A stretch of DNA of 64,000 nt, taken from NCBI GenBank assembly GCA_013374835.1, contig CP055307.1, positions 74,447 to 138,446 on the forward strand, read 5' to 3'. Shown here piece by piece: positions 10,707 to 20,116 of the stretch. This DNA comes from Candidatus Woesebacteria bacterium (lineage in GTDB: Bacteria; Patescibacteriota; Microgenomatia; UBA8517). The number at the start of each line of letters is the position of its first letter. The stretch's first letter is position 1. The notes under the pieces were generated by a model, which saw only the letters and a program-made list of their open reading frames with translations, was not told where the DNA came from and made no database searches. The position numbers and the translations under genes are program-made.

Positions 10707-12833
10707 CTAGTAAACTATCACCGAATCCCTACCTTCAATAGCAACACCATCATCAGTCTCCCCTGTTAAAATCCCAACAGTATTACCTTTCTCAAACCCC
10801 ATTTTTCTTGGGTCAAACAAGCAACTTAAATCTTTTAGTCCATCTCTATTCACATCAAAGTAAAACGGTGAACACCAAACTAAACTGTCTTCATTGCCGA
10901 GCTTTCCAAATTTTAGAGTCGCTTTATCTACAACCTCGGCATTAAAAGTTGGATTTGACAAAACACTCACAAGAATCGACAAAAAGGATTTTCTAAAAAT
11001 AATATTTTTTTCAATAAAAGGCCTAACATCAATAGAGATTTCTTGGAAAAACTTTGTCTCAGACCCCGGTTCAGGATTATAACCAAAAACATATTCATGC
11101 TCTTTAGCACCTTCTTCAATGTTTTCAAAAATACCAAGATTAATACCCGCATCTCTATCAGAGGCGTGCACGCTAAAGCTATAAAGCTCGCCCTTAGGCG
11201 CTATAACTTCAACTTTATAATTATCCTGCTCGGGTGTAAGTATCAAAACAGTATAAATCCCCTTATTAGGATCGGGTGCCGGGTTTTCCTCCGTAGCATC
11301 GGCATAAGCCTCCTCAAAGTAATAAAAAGAGTTGGGAATTTCTTGTAAAACACTTGAGTTTAACGAGTCAAAACCCGTCCTTCTTCCTTGACTATCTGTC
11401 ACTAAAAGTTGAGTCGGCGCCAAAGAAGTCACATCAAAGCTGCTGAAATCGCTTGCTGTCTTTTCGTACTTTCTCGTCGTCAAAGCTACATTGCCATACG
11501 CAGGATCATCAAGTTTATACCTGTTGTACCCAGGATCATTAATTGTAAAAGTGTCACCATCAATCCCCGTAGCCACAACCCAGTGTTGTCTACGCGGAAC
11601 TCTCATAACTAGAGGTCTTTGTTCTTCAATTTCAGAAGCTACAAAAGAGGGACTAAAATCGTAAGATCCCTTAAACACCACCTTCTGTGTATCAAAAATC
11701 CTGTTAGATTCAGCAGAATATTCACCAGCAACATGCCACTTTATATTCCCATACTTATAGCCCCTACTTGTACAACCCAACGCTCCGCAGACTTCATCCT
11801 GCTTAAAATAATTATTAACCACCATCGGTGTAGTTGGATTCCCATACGGGTCTCTGTCCACCCCATAATACTTAAGTATCATCGCAACAGAAGTTGTTGC
11901 ACAACCACACCGAGCCATTGTCTTCCCGCAATCAAGCCGTTGTTTATTCCCACTATCATACTCTTGAGACCCCCACTGGCTATCAGTCTGCTTAAAAAGT
12001 GGCACATCTAACAAAGTTCCAGTCCTTTGTTTACAAGCCATCGCAACCAAATTTTTAAAATACTTCATATTATCTTCATCATCCTCAGCAAAATACAACG
12101 GACCTCCCGAAACCGCCAAATAGCCCTGCCCAATTGCTCTCTCATGCAACACAAAGTTCTCGCTAAAACCCAAAGTTTGAATCGGAAGCGCAAATGTAAT
12201 AATCCCACCACCCAAGACATCAAATCCTTTTGCAACAGCAGTAAACGAGACATTGTTAAATATCCGAAATTCTCCATGATTTAATGGTCCCACATGCCCA
12301 AAAGGACCATTTGTAATAGGTGTAGAAACCGGATCGCTGCTTTCTCCATTAAAATCTGTTTGATCAATATCAGAACTAAAACGGTCGGGTACTCCCAACT
12401 TCTCAAAAAGTTTATTATAAGTAGGCAGAGAATCGGAATATGCGTTGTCAGTAACGTAAACAATCCCTCCAGCATTAATAAAATTTGTCAGTTCCTGTGC
12501 TTCCTCAGAAGTAAGATCATCTTCCATTTCCAATTGTCCACCAACAAATACGTCTGCGCTTCTTACACCACCATTAACCAGTGTTCCCGGCCCAATTGTA
12601 TTAACAAAGGGTAAAACAGTAACACTACAAGGAACCACCCCTCCCTCACCAAAATTTGATGAATTTGTTAAAGCATTCATTAAGGAGGCTACATCCAAAA
12701 GGGGGTAAGCTATCCTTGGATAATCAAATCCAGTAACCCGAATTTGATCAGCAGCAAAAACTTCGTTCTTCAAAGAGAAAAAAAATAGAAAAGAAACAAG
12801 CAAGGGAAGTAAAGATAGCTTTACCTTACACAT
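10707..12833 (-). CDS. Secreted multidomain protein with a peptidase C39-like domain
   Basis: Signal peptide (VFA-A). LDVPLFKQTDSQW...CGCATTSVAMILKYYG...HWVVATG...INDP gives a Cys/His/Asp triad. C-terminal DVNRDGLKDL calcium-type loop. Confidence 0.75.
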   Translation of the reverse strand: MCKVKLSLLPLLVSFLFFFSLKNEVFAADQIRVTGFDYPRIAYPLLDVASLMNALTNSSNFGEGGVVPCSVTVLPFVNTIGPGTLVNGGVRSADVFVGGQLEMEDDLTSEEAQELTNFINAGGIVYVTDNAYSDSLPTYNKLFEKLGVPDRFSSDIDQTDFNGESSDPVSTPITNGPFGHVGPLNHGEFRIFNNVSFTAVAKGFDVLGGGIITFALPIQTLGFSENFVLHERAIGQGYLAVSGGPLYFAEDDEDNMKYFKNLVAMACKQRTGTLLDVPLFKQTDSQWGSQEYDSGNKQRLDCGKTMARCGCATTSVAMILKYYGVDRDPYGNPTTPMVVNNYFKQDEVCGALGCTSRGYKYGNIKWHVAGEYSAESNRIFDTQKVVFKGSYDFSPSFVASEIEEQRPLVMRVPRRQHWVVATGIDGDTFTINDPGYNRYKLDDPAYGNVALTTRKYEKTASDFSSFDVTSLAPTQLLVTDSQGRRTGFDSLNSSVLQEIPNSFYYFEEAYADATEENPAPDPNKGIYTVLILTPEQDNYKVEVIAPKGELYSFSVHASDRDAGINLGIFENIEEGAKEHEYVFGYNPEPGSETKFFQEISIDVRPFIEKNIIFRKSFLSILVSVLSNPTFNAEVVDKATLKFGKLGNEDSLVWCSPFYFDVNRDGLKDLSCLFDPRKMGFEKGNTVGILTGETDDGVAIEGRDSVIVY

Positions 12834-12887
12834 TCAGCATTCCTCTAAAAAAATATTCTAAGGAAATTAAAAAGAAAAAGTCAACTC

Positions 12888-13121
12888 ATGATTAACCGCT
12901 TCTTCAAACGCCAAAATTCACATCCACAAAAGCAAATCGGACAATTCGAAAACCAGATAGACGAGCTTGAAGCCCAACGCCAGATTGACGTTGACATCAT
13001 TGATGAAGTTCTGGCGTTAAGCAGGAATATTTACCAAACCTATATGGAAGCACCTAAGTTTCTTAAGCTTCACTATATCCGCTTTTTCTTTGAGAAAAAG
13101 TTAAGCCTTATCTTGCTGTAA
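12888..13121 (+). pseudogene. Probable C-terminal fragment of a large serine recombinase
   Basis: Coiled coil followed by IIDEVLALSRNIYQTYMEAPxFLKxHYIRFFFEK resembles recombinase C-termini. No catalytic domain present. Confidence 0.45.
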
Positions 13122-13136
13122 CAGTAAAACAAACAC

Positions 13137-13730
13137 TTACGGCAGTGTTGTCCATTGGTCATTTAAACCAAAACCTGGTGTACCAATCTTGCTGTACAAT
13201 CCATTTAATCCTCCTGCTGGGTCGTTCCATACTTCTTGAATGATAGTATATTATCCCCAAAGAGGGCTATCCGGACCGGTCCAAACTATTTTTACAAAAT
13301 CTGTATAGTTTTGGACATTTCCATCTAAGGTATAGTCTCCTACAACATGATTTGTTAACCAACCTTTGCTTATTCCACTTGGAACACCATCGACTAATCC
13401 TCTATCCAGCTTTCCGTCTCCATTACAGTCGACATTGGCCAACCAAGCATCGCTCCACTTCATCACGAGCTTATCATCAACATAATCACCAGTATCTCCC
13501 CAGTAAGTTCCGTCTATGTTTCTATCTACACTATCATAAGTTCCATTAAACATGTGTGCTTGATAGTTATAACCAAACTGGTCATAACCAAGAACGATTG
13601 GATTTCCAGCTGAATCGGTAATAGTGCCATCTTGAATAGTGGCACATGCACTTGGTTTAGCTGCTATAACAGGAGAAGAAATTAATGCAAATACTGTCGT
13701 AATGGCAACTAAGAAAAAGAGCTTCTTCAT
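13137..13730 (-). pseudogene. Secreted hypothetical protein interrupted by an in-frame TAA
   Basis: Signal peptide and strong SD. After the TAA at 13251-13253 the same frame continues YTIIQEVWNDPAGGLNGLYSKIGTPGFGLNDQWTTLP to a stop at 13137. Confidence 0.65.
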
Positions 13731-13794
13731 TTATTTTTCACCTCCTTTCTACCTTTAATACTAAATAGGTATAAATTTTCTTTCAAGGAAAAAC

Positions 13795-14217
13795 TTACTT
13801 TGCGTAGGCGATAAGAAGAGAGCCAGCTGTCATAAGAAGCGCACCAATGACTATTTGTAAATTTATCTTCTCTTTAAGAATGAGGGCGGCAAAAACAATA
13901 GTCAAAACGAGGCTTAACTTGTCAATAGGCACCACCTTACTAGCTTCGCCCACTTTTAAGGCATAAAAATAAAAAAGCCAAGAAGCTCCAGTGGCAATAG
14001 CAGAAAGAACCAAAAAAATCCAGCTTGTTTTCGGGATAGTGTTAATAGTAGACAAGTTCCCTTGAAATGCAACTATTCCCCAAGTAATAAACAGAATAAC
14101 GGTTGTGCGTATGGCAGTAGCCAAGTTGCTGTCAACTGCTTTAATGCCTATTTTGGCAAAAATAGAAGTAAGTGCCGCAAAAACTGCAGATAAAAATGCT
14201 GCTAAATACCAAGCCAT
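13795..14217 (-). CDS. EamA/DMT family transporter (single domain)
   Basis: FAALTSIFAKIG...SNLATAIRT...SWLFYFYALKVGEASKVVPIDKLS, five TM helices. Confidence 0.9.
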   Translation of the reverse strand: MAWYLAAFLSAVFAALTSIFAKIGIKAVDSNLATAIRTTVILFITWGIVAFQGNLSTINTIPKTSWIFLVLSAIATGASWLFYFYALKVGEASKVVPIDKLSLVLTIVFAALILKEKINLQIVIGALLMTAGSLLIAYAK

Positions 14218-14262
14218 ATATTATATTATTTCAGTTGAAAAACTCCATCAAGCATTTAAGTT

Positions 14263-14637
14263 TTAAGCATGAGGGTCTTCGTATTCATCTGCCTCGGCTT
14301 TGGTTTGATGAATGGTTCCATCAGGATGATTTGGCGGAGAGTAGATGGTGTAAAATTTCAAATTCTCCTCGCCGACATTTATAATTTTGTGCTTTGCCCC
14401 CGCGGGAACAATAATAGTAAAATCATTTCAACTTCATGTTCTTCGCTTGATTATCACCTTTGCTTTGCCCTGCTCAATCCAAAAACTGATCTAATCTTTC
14501 ATGAACTTCTTCGCCAATTTCTTCACCCGGATTTAGACTCATCACTACAAGCTGGCTATATTTCCCCGTAAACAAAACTTTTCGAAAATAACTGTTTTCC
14601 TTGGTTATTTTTCAATGTAGTCCACAAATTCTGTCAT
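14263..14637 (-). pseudogene. Cupin-domain protein, about four frameshifts
   Basis: Joined frames read ENSYFRKVLFTGKYSQLVVMSLNPGEEIGEEVH...DQF..IEQG...IIVPAGAKH.IINVGEENLKFYTIYSPPNHPDGTIH. SD AAAGGAGG lies upstream of the ATG at 14637. Not in the ORF track. Confidence 0.85.
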
Positions 14638-14651
14638 GATTTTCGCCTCCT

Positions 14652-15278
14652 TTAATCCTCGATCCCTAAAAGTGAACTTAACTTTCCTTTATCAAAACCA
14701 ACCACAAACTCAGGTTCAGCATCTTCATAAATTATTTCAGTGACAGGTACCCCCATCTGCCCTGTTTTGGCAACCATTGCTTCAGCCTCTTTGGGATTAA
14801 GATCAACATAGACCACATCGTGTTTGACATTTTTGCTCTCAAACCAGCCCTTTTCCATTTTACAATAGGGGCAAGAAAGGGTTGCGTAAAGTTTGACATT
14901 GATTGGCTTTAGTGGCCCAACCCCAGCCACATCATCAACAAGCTTTTTAAGAGTTACTTCTGCCTGTTGGGAGATTTTATGAACCGCCGGATCATGGGTA
15001 ACACCTCCCAAAAGAGCAGGACTGGAAACACCGATAATTACTTGCGAATCATTTCTTAACACAACGATCGAACAAGGAAGAAGGCCAAAAAGATTTTTGT
15101 CTGTTGTTAGTAAAGCTCCAAGCCAATTCTCATTACATATGTTTAGAAGTTTTCCCTTTTGGTTTGGCAAATCCACCTCACCCAAAATTTTGAGCTTTTC
15201 TTTCTCAGCCAGACTTTTAGCCCTTTTAACAGTTTCTTCAAATGATAATTTGCTTTTCCTAAAATAAGCCAGATTCAT
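14652..15278 (-). CDS. DUF302-like domain fused to glutaredoxin (CPYC)
   Basis: N-terminal LNICN...GLLPCSIVV (DUF302-like). C-terminal YATLSCPYC...GQMGVPV...VGFDK (NrdH/Grx). Confidence 0.8.
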   Translation of the reverse strand: MNLAYFRKSKLSFEETVKRAKSLAEKEKLKILGEVDLPNQKGKLLNICNENWLGALLTTDKNLFGLLPCSIVVLRNDSQVIIGVSSPALLGGVTHDPAVHKISQQAEVTLKKLVDDVAGVGPLKPINVKLYATLSCPYCKMEKGWFESKNVKHDVVYVDLNPKEAEAMVAKTGQMGVPVTEIIYEDAEPEFVVGFDKGKLSSLLGIED

Positions 15279-15541
15279 ATTTTATCCGTTTGTGAAATTT
15301 TAAGTAATTCTTTACTCAACTTTGCCAATTTTGGCTGGACAAGTGAGTAGTAAATAAATCTACCATCTCTTCTTTCTTTGAGAAGCTCTAAACTTTTTAA
15401 CTTCATAAGATGCTGTGAAACCGCCGACTGAGAAAGACCGCAGGTTTTAATAAGCTCGCTGACGGTTTTTTCTTTTTTGTCCAAACAAGCCAAAATTTTA
15501 AGGCGAGTCTCGTTGGCAAATGCAGAAAATATCTGACTCAC
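15275..15541 (-). CDS. arsR: ArsR/SmtB family repressor
   Basis: FANETRLKIL...TVSEL...LSQSAVSQHL...RRDGRFIYYSL winged HTH. Confidence 0.9.
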   Translation of the reverse strand: MSQIFSAFANETRLKILACLDKKEKTVSELIKTCGLSQSAVSQHLMKLKSLELLKERRDGRFIYYSLVQPKLAKLSKELLKISQTDKI

Positions 15542-15548
15542 AACTATA

Positions 15549-15566
15549 TATTAGCAATTACTAATA
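15549..15566. promoter_or_regulatory. Putative ArsR operator
   Basis: Inverted repeat TATTAG-N6-CTAATA 8 nt upstream of the arsR start. Confidence 0.45.
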
Positions 15567-15706
15567 CATTTTCAAGAGCCAATTTATAATCTTGTTAGAC
15601 CTAGATCCTCTAAATTTGAGGTTTTACATAAATATATCTTTTTGATAACAAAGACTTTCTTGCGTATAACGCAGACGAAAGACATTAATAAAATTTGTCT
15701 GTCTAA

Positions 15707-16267
15707 TCACTCCTTGCAACAGTCAATTGCCTTCTGCACCACTTCTCCTAGTTTGGCGAAAATGCTGGTTGAACCTTTCTTTTTTGGTTTAGGATCGTCG
15801 TTGATTAAGGTAATTTTTTGGCTGTTTGACCGTCTTACATCTTTTGTCCTCACTAATCCTAGATTAAGACCCCAGAACAAGCTGTACAGTTGATAGGACT
15901 TCTGGAACATGTCCTTTGCGCCTTTCTTATCTCCTTTGGTCAGCGACTTAGTGCCAACTTCCATAAATCTCATAGATGCAGCCAATAAATGCTTACTGAT
16001 ACACCAAACTTCACCCTCATAATCTTTAATAATTCGCTTGAGAGCGCTTTTGCGTATCTCTCTAACCTCGTTCAATAGGTCCAGATACTTGGCATCTTTA
16101 GTTTTGTTGTAAGTAAAAAAGAAATGCTCCTCCATAGAAATTAAGTTCATAATTCCAATAGAAAGGTCTTCATCGGAAGAAAGATCAAGTTTCTCACCCT
16201 TCTCCATCTTTTTAACTTTGTCCATAAACTCGTTAATATCAGGTTGAATAGTTTTATTTTTCTTCAT
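15707..16267 (-). CDS. Conserved hypothetical helical protein with WCISKH motif and C-terminal DCCKE
   Basis: Start moved to the ATG at 16267, behind SD AAAGGAGGTGA. Paralog of the pseudogene at 21013-21538. Confidence 0.8.
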   Translation of the reverse strand: MKKNKTIQPDINEFMDKVKKMEKGEKLDLSSDEDLSIGIMNLISMEEHFFFTYNKTKDAKYLDLLNEVREIRKSALKRIIKDYEGEVWCISKHLLAASMRFMEVGTKSLTKGDKKGAKDMFQKSYQLYSLFWGLNLGLVRTKDVRRSNSQKITLINDDPKPKKKGSTSIFAKLGEVVQKAIDCCKE

Positions 16268-16280
16268 AGTTTCACCTCCT

Positions 16281-16337
16281 TTAAGCGGTTGCGAGATATG
16301 CCAAAAAACTAACAAATATGCCTAAAAAATATTTCAT
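16281..16337 (-). pseudogene. 18-aa mini-ORF, probable deletion remnant of the membrane gene of the module
   Basis: MKYFLGIFVSFLAYLATA* overlaps the upstream stop (ATGA). It occupies the same slot as gene 20479-20997 in the paralogous operon. Confidence 0.45.
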
Positions 16338-16810
16338 TGTTCAAACTTTTCTGTACCGATCGACTCAGCATTACCAGACAGCCCAGCCTTATCGCTTAAA
16401 TAACCAACAATATCAGGTGTCCCAATCAAACACTTGCCTTCAGGTGTATAAAGAAAAGGCACGCCGATACTATTAGTCGAAAGCCCACAGCTCTCTGCTA
16501 CTTTTACAAGTTCAAGAGAGTTGGCTCGATTGTCATACACTTCTTTTTTGACCAGCCCAATCTTCTCTTCAATCTTGTTCTCTTTCATCCACTCTTCAAC
16601 ATCGGCACAATGAGGGCAAGTATTACCATAAAAGAAAATAGGAACCTCTGTATTAAGAGAGGATGAACTTACAGAAGAAAGACTTTCGGCTGGCTTTTGC
16701 ACTACCTCTGTATCAACTTTTTTGTTTTTACTACCCAAAATTACAAGGGATATTAAGCCAATAATTATCAAAATAATTGCACTGGTTAGAATTGCTTGTT
16801 TCTTTTTCAT
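16334..16810 (-). CDS. Membrane-anchored glutaredoxin/thioredoxin-like protein (CPHC)
   Basis: N-terminal TM helix, FYGNTCPHC...SCG...IGVPFLYTPEGKCLIG. Paralog of 20117-20482. Confidence 0.85.
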   Translation of the reverse strand: MKKKQAILTSAIILIIIGLISLVILGSKNKKVDTEVVQKPAESLSSVSSSSLNTEVPIFFYGNTCPHCADVEEWMKENKIEEKIGLVKKEVYDNRANSLELVKVAESCGLSTNSIGVPFLYTPEGKCLIGTPDIVGYLSDKAGLSGNAESIGTEKFEQ

Positions 16811-16816
16811 TATTCC

Positions 16817-17980
16817 TTACGCAACAAATATACCATAAACATACCCCGCCAATGTTGTTAAAACCACAATTGAGCCGGCATAAACCAGCATTTTCTTGGT
16901 ACCAATGAGTTTTCTAATAACCAAAAGCCCTTGTAGCGATAAAACCGGGTCAGCCAAAAGATATGCCATTAAAGGACCCTTATTCATGCCCAGTTTCATA
17001 AAGTTCTCGGCAATCGGAACTTCTACTAGAGCAGGGAAATAGGCTAAGGTACCGAACAGCACCGCAGCAAAATTTGTAAACAAGTTATTTTGGCTGGCCA
17101 AAGCTTGAAATTGCTCTTTGGGAATAAGTTGAGCAACAGCCGCCGCTAAAAACACACCCACCAGAAGCAGGGGAACAATCTGGCTGACAAATTTTATAGT
17201 TTCATCCCACCAAGCAGTCCTTCTCTCTTTCGAAAGCCAAACAAAGGTCATGATCAGCTGAATTAATACCAATGGAGCAATCAGGGTGTATCTTAAATTA
17301 TTGCTAATTGGAGCCGTTCCGACAATTAATATGGCAATCATCGTTCCCCAGAACCACAAAGTTTTTTTACCCTGAAGTTTATCCAAGTCTTGGGCAACAA
17401 CTTGCACATCTTCATCTTCTTTTCTATTGCCAAAAACCACCTCCATTATCAAACCGATCAAAACGGCAAAAAAAATTGAAAGTACCAATCTGAAAAAGGC
17501 AAACTCCCAGCCGATCCTTTGTCCTGTCAAAATAAGAGCCACAACATTAAAAGCTGGACCCGCATATAATAAGGTTACGGCAATTCCGAGTCCTGCACCC
17601 TTTTTCCAGATACCAGCAAATAAAGGTAAAATAGTGCAAGAACAAACCTCAATTAAAAATCCTGCAGTAACGGCAATCAAATAAGCCAGCCATTTTTTTG
17701 TTTTGCCGGATAAGTATTTGAGGATTGATTGGGAATCAATAAGACTATTAATGGCACCGGCTATAAAAAATGCGGGAACTAAACAAAAAAGTACGTGAGC
17801 CGATAAATAATCCACAAGTCCTAACCACCCTTGATACACCGCACTGCCGATTAGGTTTTGAACCTGCTCGTTAGCTAAAAAAACTCCAATTTGATTTTGC
17901 CAAAAATAGATAATAAGATAGACTCCGCCCAAAAGACCAATAACCCAATTTTTCTTAAGAACAGATAATATTTTATTCAT
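16817..17980 (-). CDS. arsP: ArsP/DUF318 family permease
   Basis: HVLFCLVPAFFIAG, VCSCTILPLFAGI..KGAG.G, YAGPA.N and EVPI...GM.KGP motifs. Confidence 0.85.
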   Translation of the reverse strand: MNKILSVLKKNWVIGLLGGVYLIIYFWQNQIGVFLANEQVQNLIGSAVYQGWLGLVDYLSAHVLFCLVPAFFIAGAINSLIDSQSILKYLSGKTKKWLAYLIAVTAGFLIEVCSCTILPLFAGIWKKGAGLGIAVTLLYAGPAFNVVALILTGQRIGWEFAFFRLVLSIFFAVLIGLIMEVVFGNRKEDEDVQVVAQDLDKLQGKKTLWFWGTMIAILIVGTAPISNNLRYTLIAPLVLIQLIMTFVWLSKERRTAWWDETIKFVSQIVPLLLVGVFLAAAVAQLIPKEQFQALASQNNLFTNFAAVLFGTLAYFPALVEVPIAENFMKLGMNKGPLMAYLLADPVLSLQGLLVIRKLIGTKKMLVYAGSIVVLTTLAGYVYGIFVA

Positions 17981-17982
17981 AT

Positions 17983-18237
17983 CTATTTCACTCCACTTTC
18001 TTTAAGAAGGGTTTTAATCTTTTCAATATCAGGAGTAAAACCAACCATAATTGGTTTCCCATCAACAGCTAAAACCGGGCTGCTCACAACCCCCATCTCA
18101 ATGATCTTTTGAATCCCTTCTTGTCCAGTTAGATATTCCACTTCATTATCTAACCCCAATTCCAAAATTGCCTTTTTGGTAATTTCATATAAGTTTTTAC
18201 AAACAGAACACCCGCTACCTAAAACTTGAATTTTCAT
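17983..18237 (-). CDS. Small thioredoxin-like protein (MTH895-type redox-active disulfide protein)
   Basis: MKIQVLGSGCSVC...GVVSSPVLAVDGK. Confidence 0.9.
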   Translation of the reverse strand: MKIQVLGSGCSVCKNLYEITKKAILELGLDNEVEYLTGQEGIQKIIEMGVVSSPVLAVDGKPIMVGFTPDIEKIKTLLKESGVK

Positions 18238-18560
18238 ATCTCCACCTCCTTTGGAATTTGGAATAGCAGATTAGTAATTTTTCTACCTCTGTCAGTCAGT
18301 GAGTAATAAACCTTTAATCCTCGCTTTTCATTCATGACCATACCTTCATTTCTAAGATCTGCCAGATGGTGGGAAATTAGACTTTGGGACATTTGCAAAT
18401 GTTCCATTAGCTCGCAGACACAGTGTTCACCGTTACGAAGGATACAAAGAAGTTTAAGGCGGTTTTTCTCTGATACCAACTTAAGAAGGGAATATAACGG
18501 CTCGACCTGTTTTGACTCCTTGTTTGATGGTGAACAACAACTATATGAACGCATATTCAT
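18234..18560 (-). CDS. arsR: ArsR family repressor with CC and CVC metal sites
   Basis: SCCS...NRLKLLCIL..GEHCVCEL...SQSLISHHLADL...GLKVYYSL. The true start may be the ATG at 18554. Confidence 0.9.
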   Translation of the reverse strand: MNMRSYSCCSPSNKESKQVEPLYSLLKLVSEKNRLKLLCILRNGEHCVCELMEHLQMSQSLISHHLADLRNEGMVMNEKRGLKVYYSLTDRGRKITNLLFQIPKEVEI

Positions 18561-18591
18561 GCATAATAGGAAACTTGATCACAATTGTCAA
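18545..18591 (-). promoter_or_regulatory. Sigma70 promoter and ArsR/SmtB operator of the ars-like operon
   Basis: Minus strand TTGACA(18591-18586)-17 nt-TATTAT(18568-18563). Palindrome ATGAA-N6-TTCAT at 18545-18560 overlaps the start. Confidence 0.75.
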
Positions 18592-18803
18592 CTAGAGAAT
18601 TGGAAAGATTGCCTGATGAGCTGGTAAGGGTTGCCATGAAAAAAACTAAAGGAGCATCAAGCAAAAGTTCAAGAAAAACGGCTACTTCTGAAGATGACAC
18701 TTCAGAACTTAGAGCTAAAAGGCAAAAAGTCCGATTTGACTGGATAAAACCGTTTGACAAGATAGCGTTTTACGCCTCTCGTCAAAGTTGGCTCCCCGGG
18801 TAG
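18585..18803 (+). pseudogene. Probable recombinase C-terminal remnant reading into the tRNA-Asn 3' end
   Basis: Ends ...FDWIKPFDKIAFYASRQSWLPG*. The last codons and the stop come from the antisense of the tRNA 3' end, as seen for tRNA-targeting recombinases. Confidence 0.45.
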
Positions 18804-18863
18804 GATTCGAACCTACGACCTTGAAGTTAACAGCTTCCCGCTCTACCGCTGAGCTACCGGGGA
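18789..18863 (-). tRNA. tRNA-Asn(GTT)
   Basis: Minus strand TCCCCGG acceptor, GAAG-CT-GTT-AA-CTTC anticodon arm, encoded CCA. Confidence 0.95.
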
Positions 18864-18914
18864 TCATTTACTTTTAAAAATTCGGTAAGTACAAGAATTA
18901 TACCAAAAAAGAGC

Positions 18915-20051
18915 TCACCTTTGCATCTCTTCTAAAATAAATCTTTTTACAATACTCCACTCTCCAACCCCGTCTTTTGAAACAAGAGAATACCCTCCGC
19001 CCCCACTCCATTCAGTAAGAACATTGTCAGTAGAAAGAATTATTGAATTTACATCATAATTAGCAATATCCGGATATTTCGCCAGCATTTCAACCAAATC
19101 AGCAGCCTTCAAGTCCGTCCTGACCGATCCAATAAACCTTTCAAAAAAAGAAGCAACATCATCAAGAGCACCTAGATCCAAAGCTTTCTTGGCAATAGCC
19201 TGAAGAACAGCCATCTGCCTCTCTGCTCTTGAAAAATCTCCCCCATAAGTATCCGAATGCCTGCTTCTTACAAATTTCAAAGCAGTCTCCCCATCCATTT
19301 GCGCAAGCCCCTTGTCAAAATGTAGGTGCTCATACCGGCAAACAAAGCGCTTCTCAAGCTCAAAGCCCGAATACTTCTCATGCCACAAGGCTATCTCATC
19401 GGCACTTGCCCCACAAGTTTCATTCTCAAGACCTTTTACAGGATAAAAATAATCATCAAAAGAAGTAGCTACATTAACCCCGATCCCTCCAAGCTCATCA
19501 ATCGCCATCGAAAATCCGGAAAAATCAACTGAGACAACCCAGTTAGCCTCAATGCCGGTAACATCCGCAATCACCTTCTTGCTCAAATTAAAATGTCCCA
19601 AAGGTTCTTTATAAGGAGGCTCTTTAAGAGGGTAATTCCTGTCATCAAGGCCTATAGCATAAGCTGCATTAATTTTGAAATACTCGCTTTTATCGCTTCT
19701 TACGGGAATCGCTACCCACAAATCCCTTGGAATTGAAATTAAATTAATTCGCTTTAAAGACGAATCAACAACTAAAAGCTTAATTACATCGGTCAAATTC
19801 CCGCCGCTATGCCCAGCCCCCCCATAACCCAAAAGTAAAAAACTAATATATTTTCCCTTCTCAAATTTTTCCTCGAATTGAGCCGCTGTGCGATCAATCG
19901 GAGAATTTCTCCTCCCAGCTTCACGAAAACCAAATACGCTGTCTCCAAAAACATAAATCAAAATGTCAAAAATAAGCACAAACAAAAACAACACATATAC
20001 ATAAATTAACCAAGGATTTTCTTTAAATGCCCTAAAAACACTCCTTATCAT
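18915..20051 (-). CDS. LCP (LytR-CpsA-Psr) family protein
   Basis: TM helix, LLLG...LTD...LISIPRDLW...KINAAY...DGETALKFVRSRH...DFSRAERQ. Confidence 0.92.
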   Translation of the reverse strand: MIRSVFRAFKENPWLIYVYVLFLFVLIFDILIYVFGDSVFGFREAGRRNSPIDRTAAQFEEKFEKGKYISFLLLGYGGAGHSGGNLTDVIKLLVVDSSLKRINLISIPRDLWVAIPVRSDKSEYFKINAAYAIGLDDRNYPLKEPPYKEPLGHFNLSKKVIADVTGIEANWVVSVDFSGFSMAIDELGGIGVNVATSFDDYFYPVKGLENETCGASADEIALWHEKYSGFELEKRFVCRYEHLHFDKGLAQMDGETALKFVRSRHSDTYGGDFSRAERQMAVLQAIAKKALDLGALDDVASFFERFIGSVRTDLKAADLVEMLAKYPDIANYDVNSIILSTDNVLTEWSGGGGYSLVSKDGVGEWSIVKRFILEEMQR

Positions 20052-20116
20052 AAAAACAATTATCCCACAATACACTTGTCTATTTAAAGGTAAAACTGTA
20101 CTATTTTAGGGTAGAC

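Larger units (their letters stand above)
7106..18788. mobile_element. Decayed accessory island(s) between the 3' ends of tRNA-Gln and tRNA-Asn
   Basis: Bounded by two convergent tRNA 3' ends. Contains recombinase-like fragments, at least three pseudogenes, metal-handling genes and paralogs of nearby resident genes. No att repeat was found, so the limits are inferred. Confidence 0.55.

Noticed and set aside
7090-18810. Direct-repeat att sites duplicating the tRNA-Gln or tRNA-Asn 3' ends
   Set aside because: No second copy of either 3' end was seen, so the island limits remain inferred.
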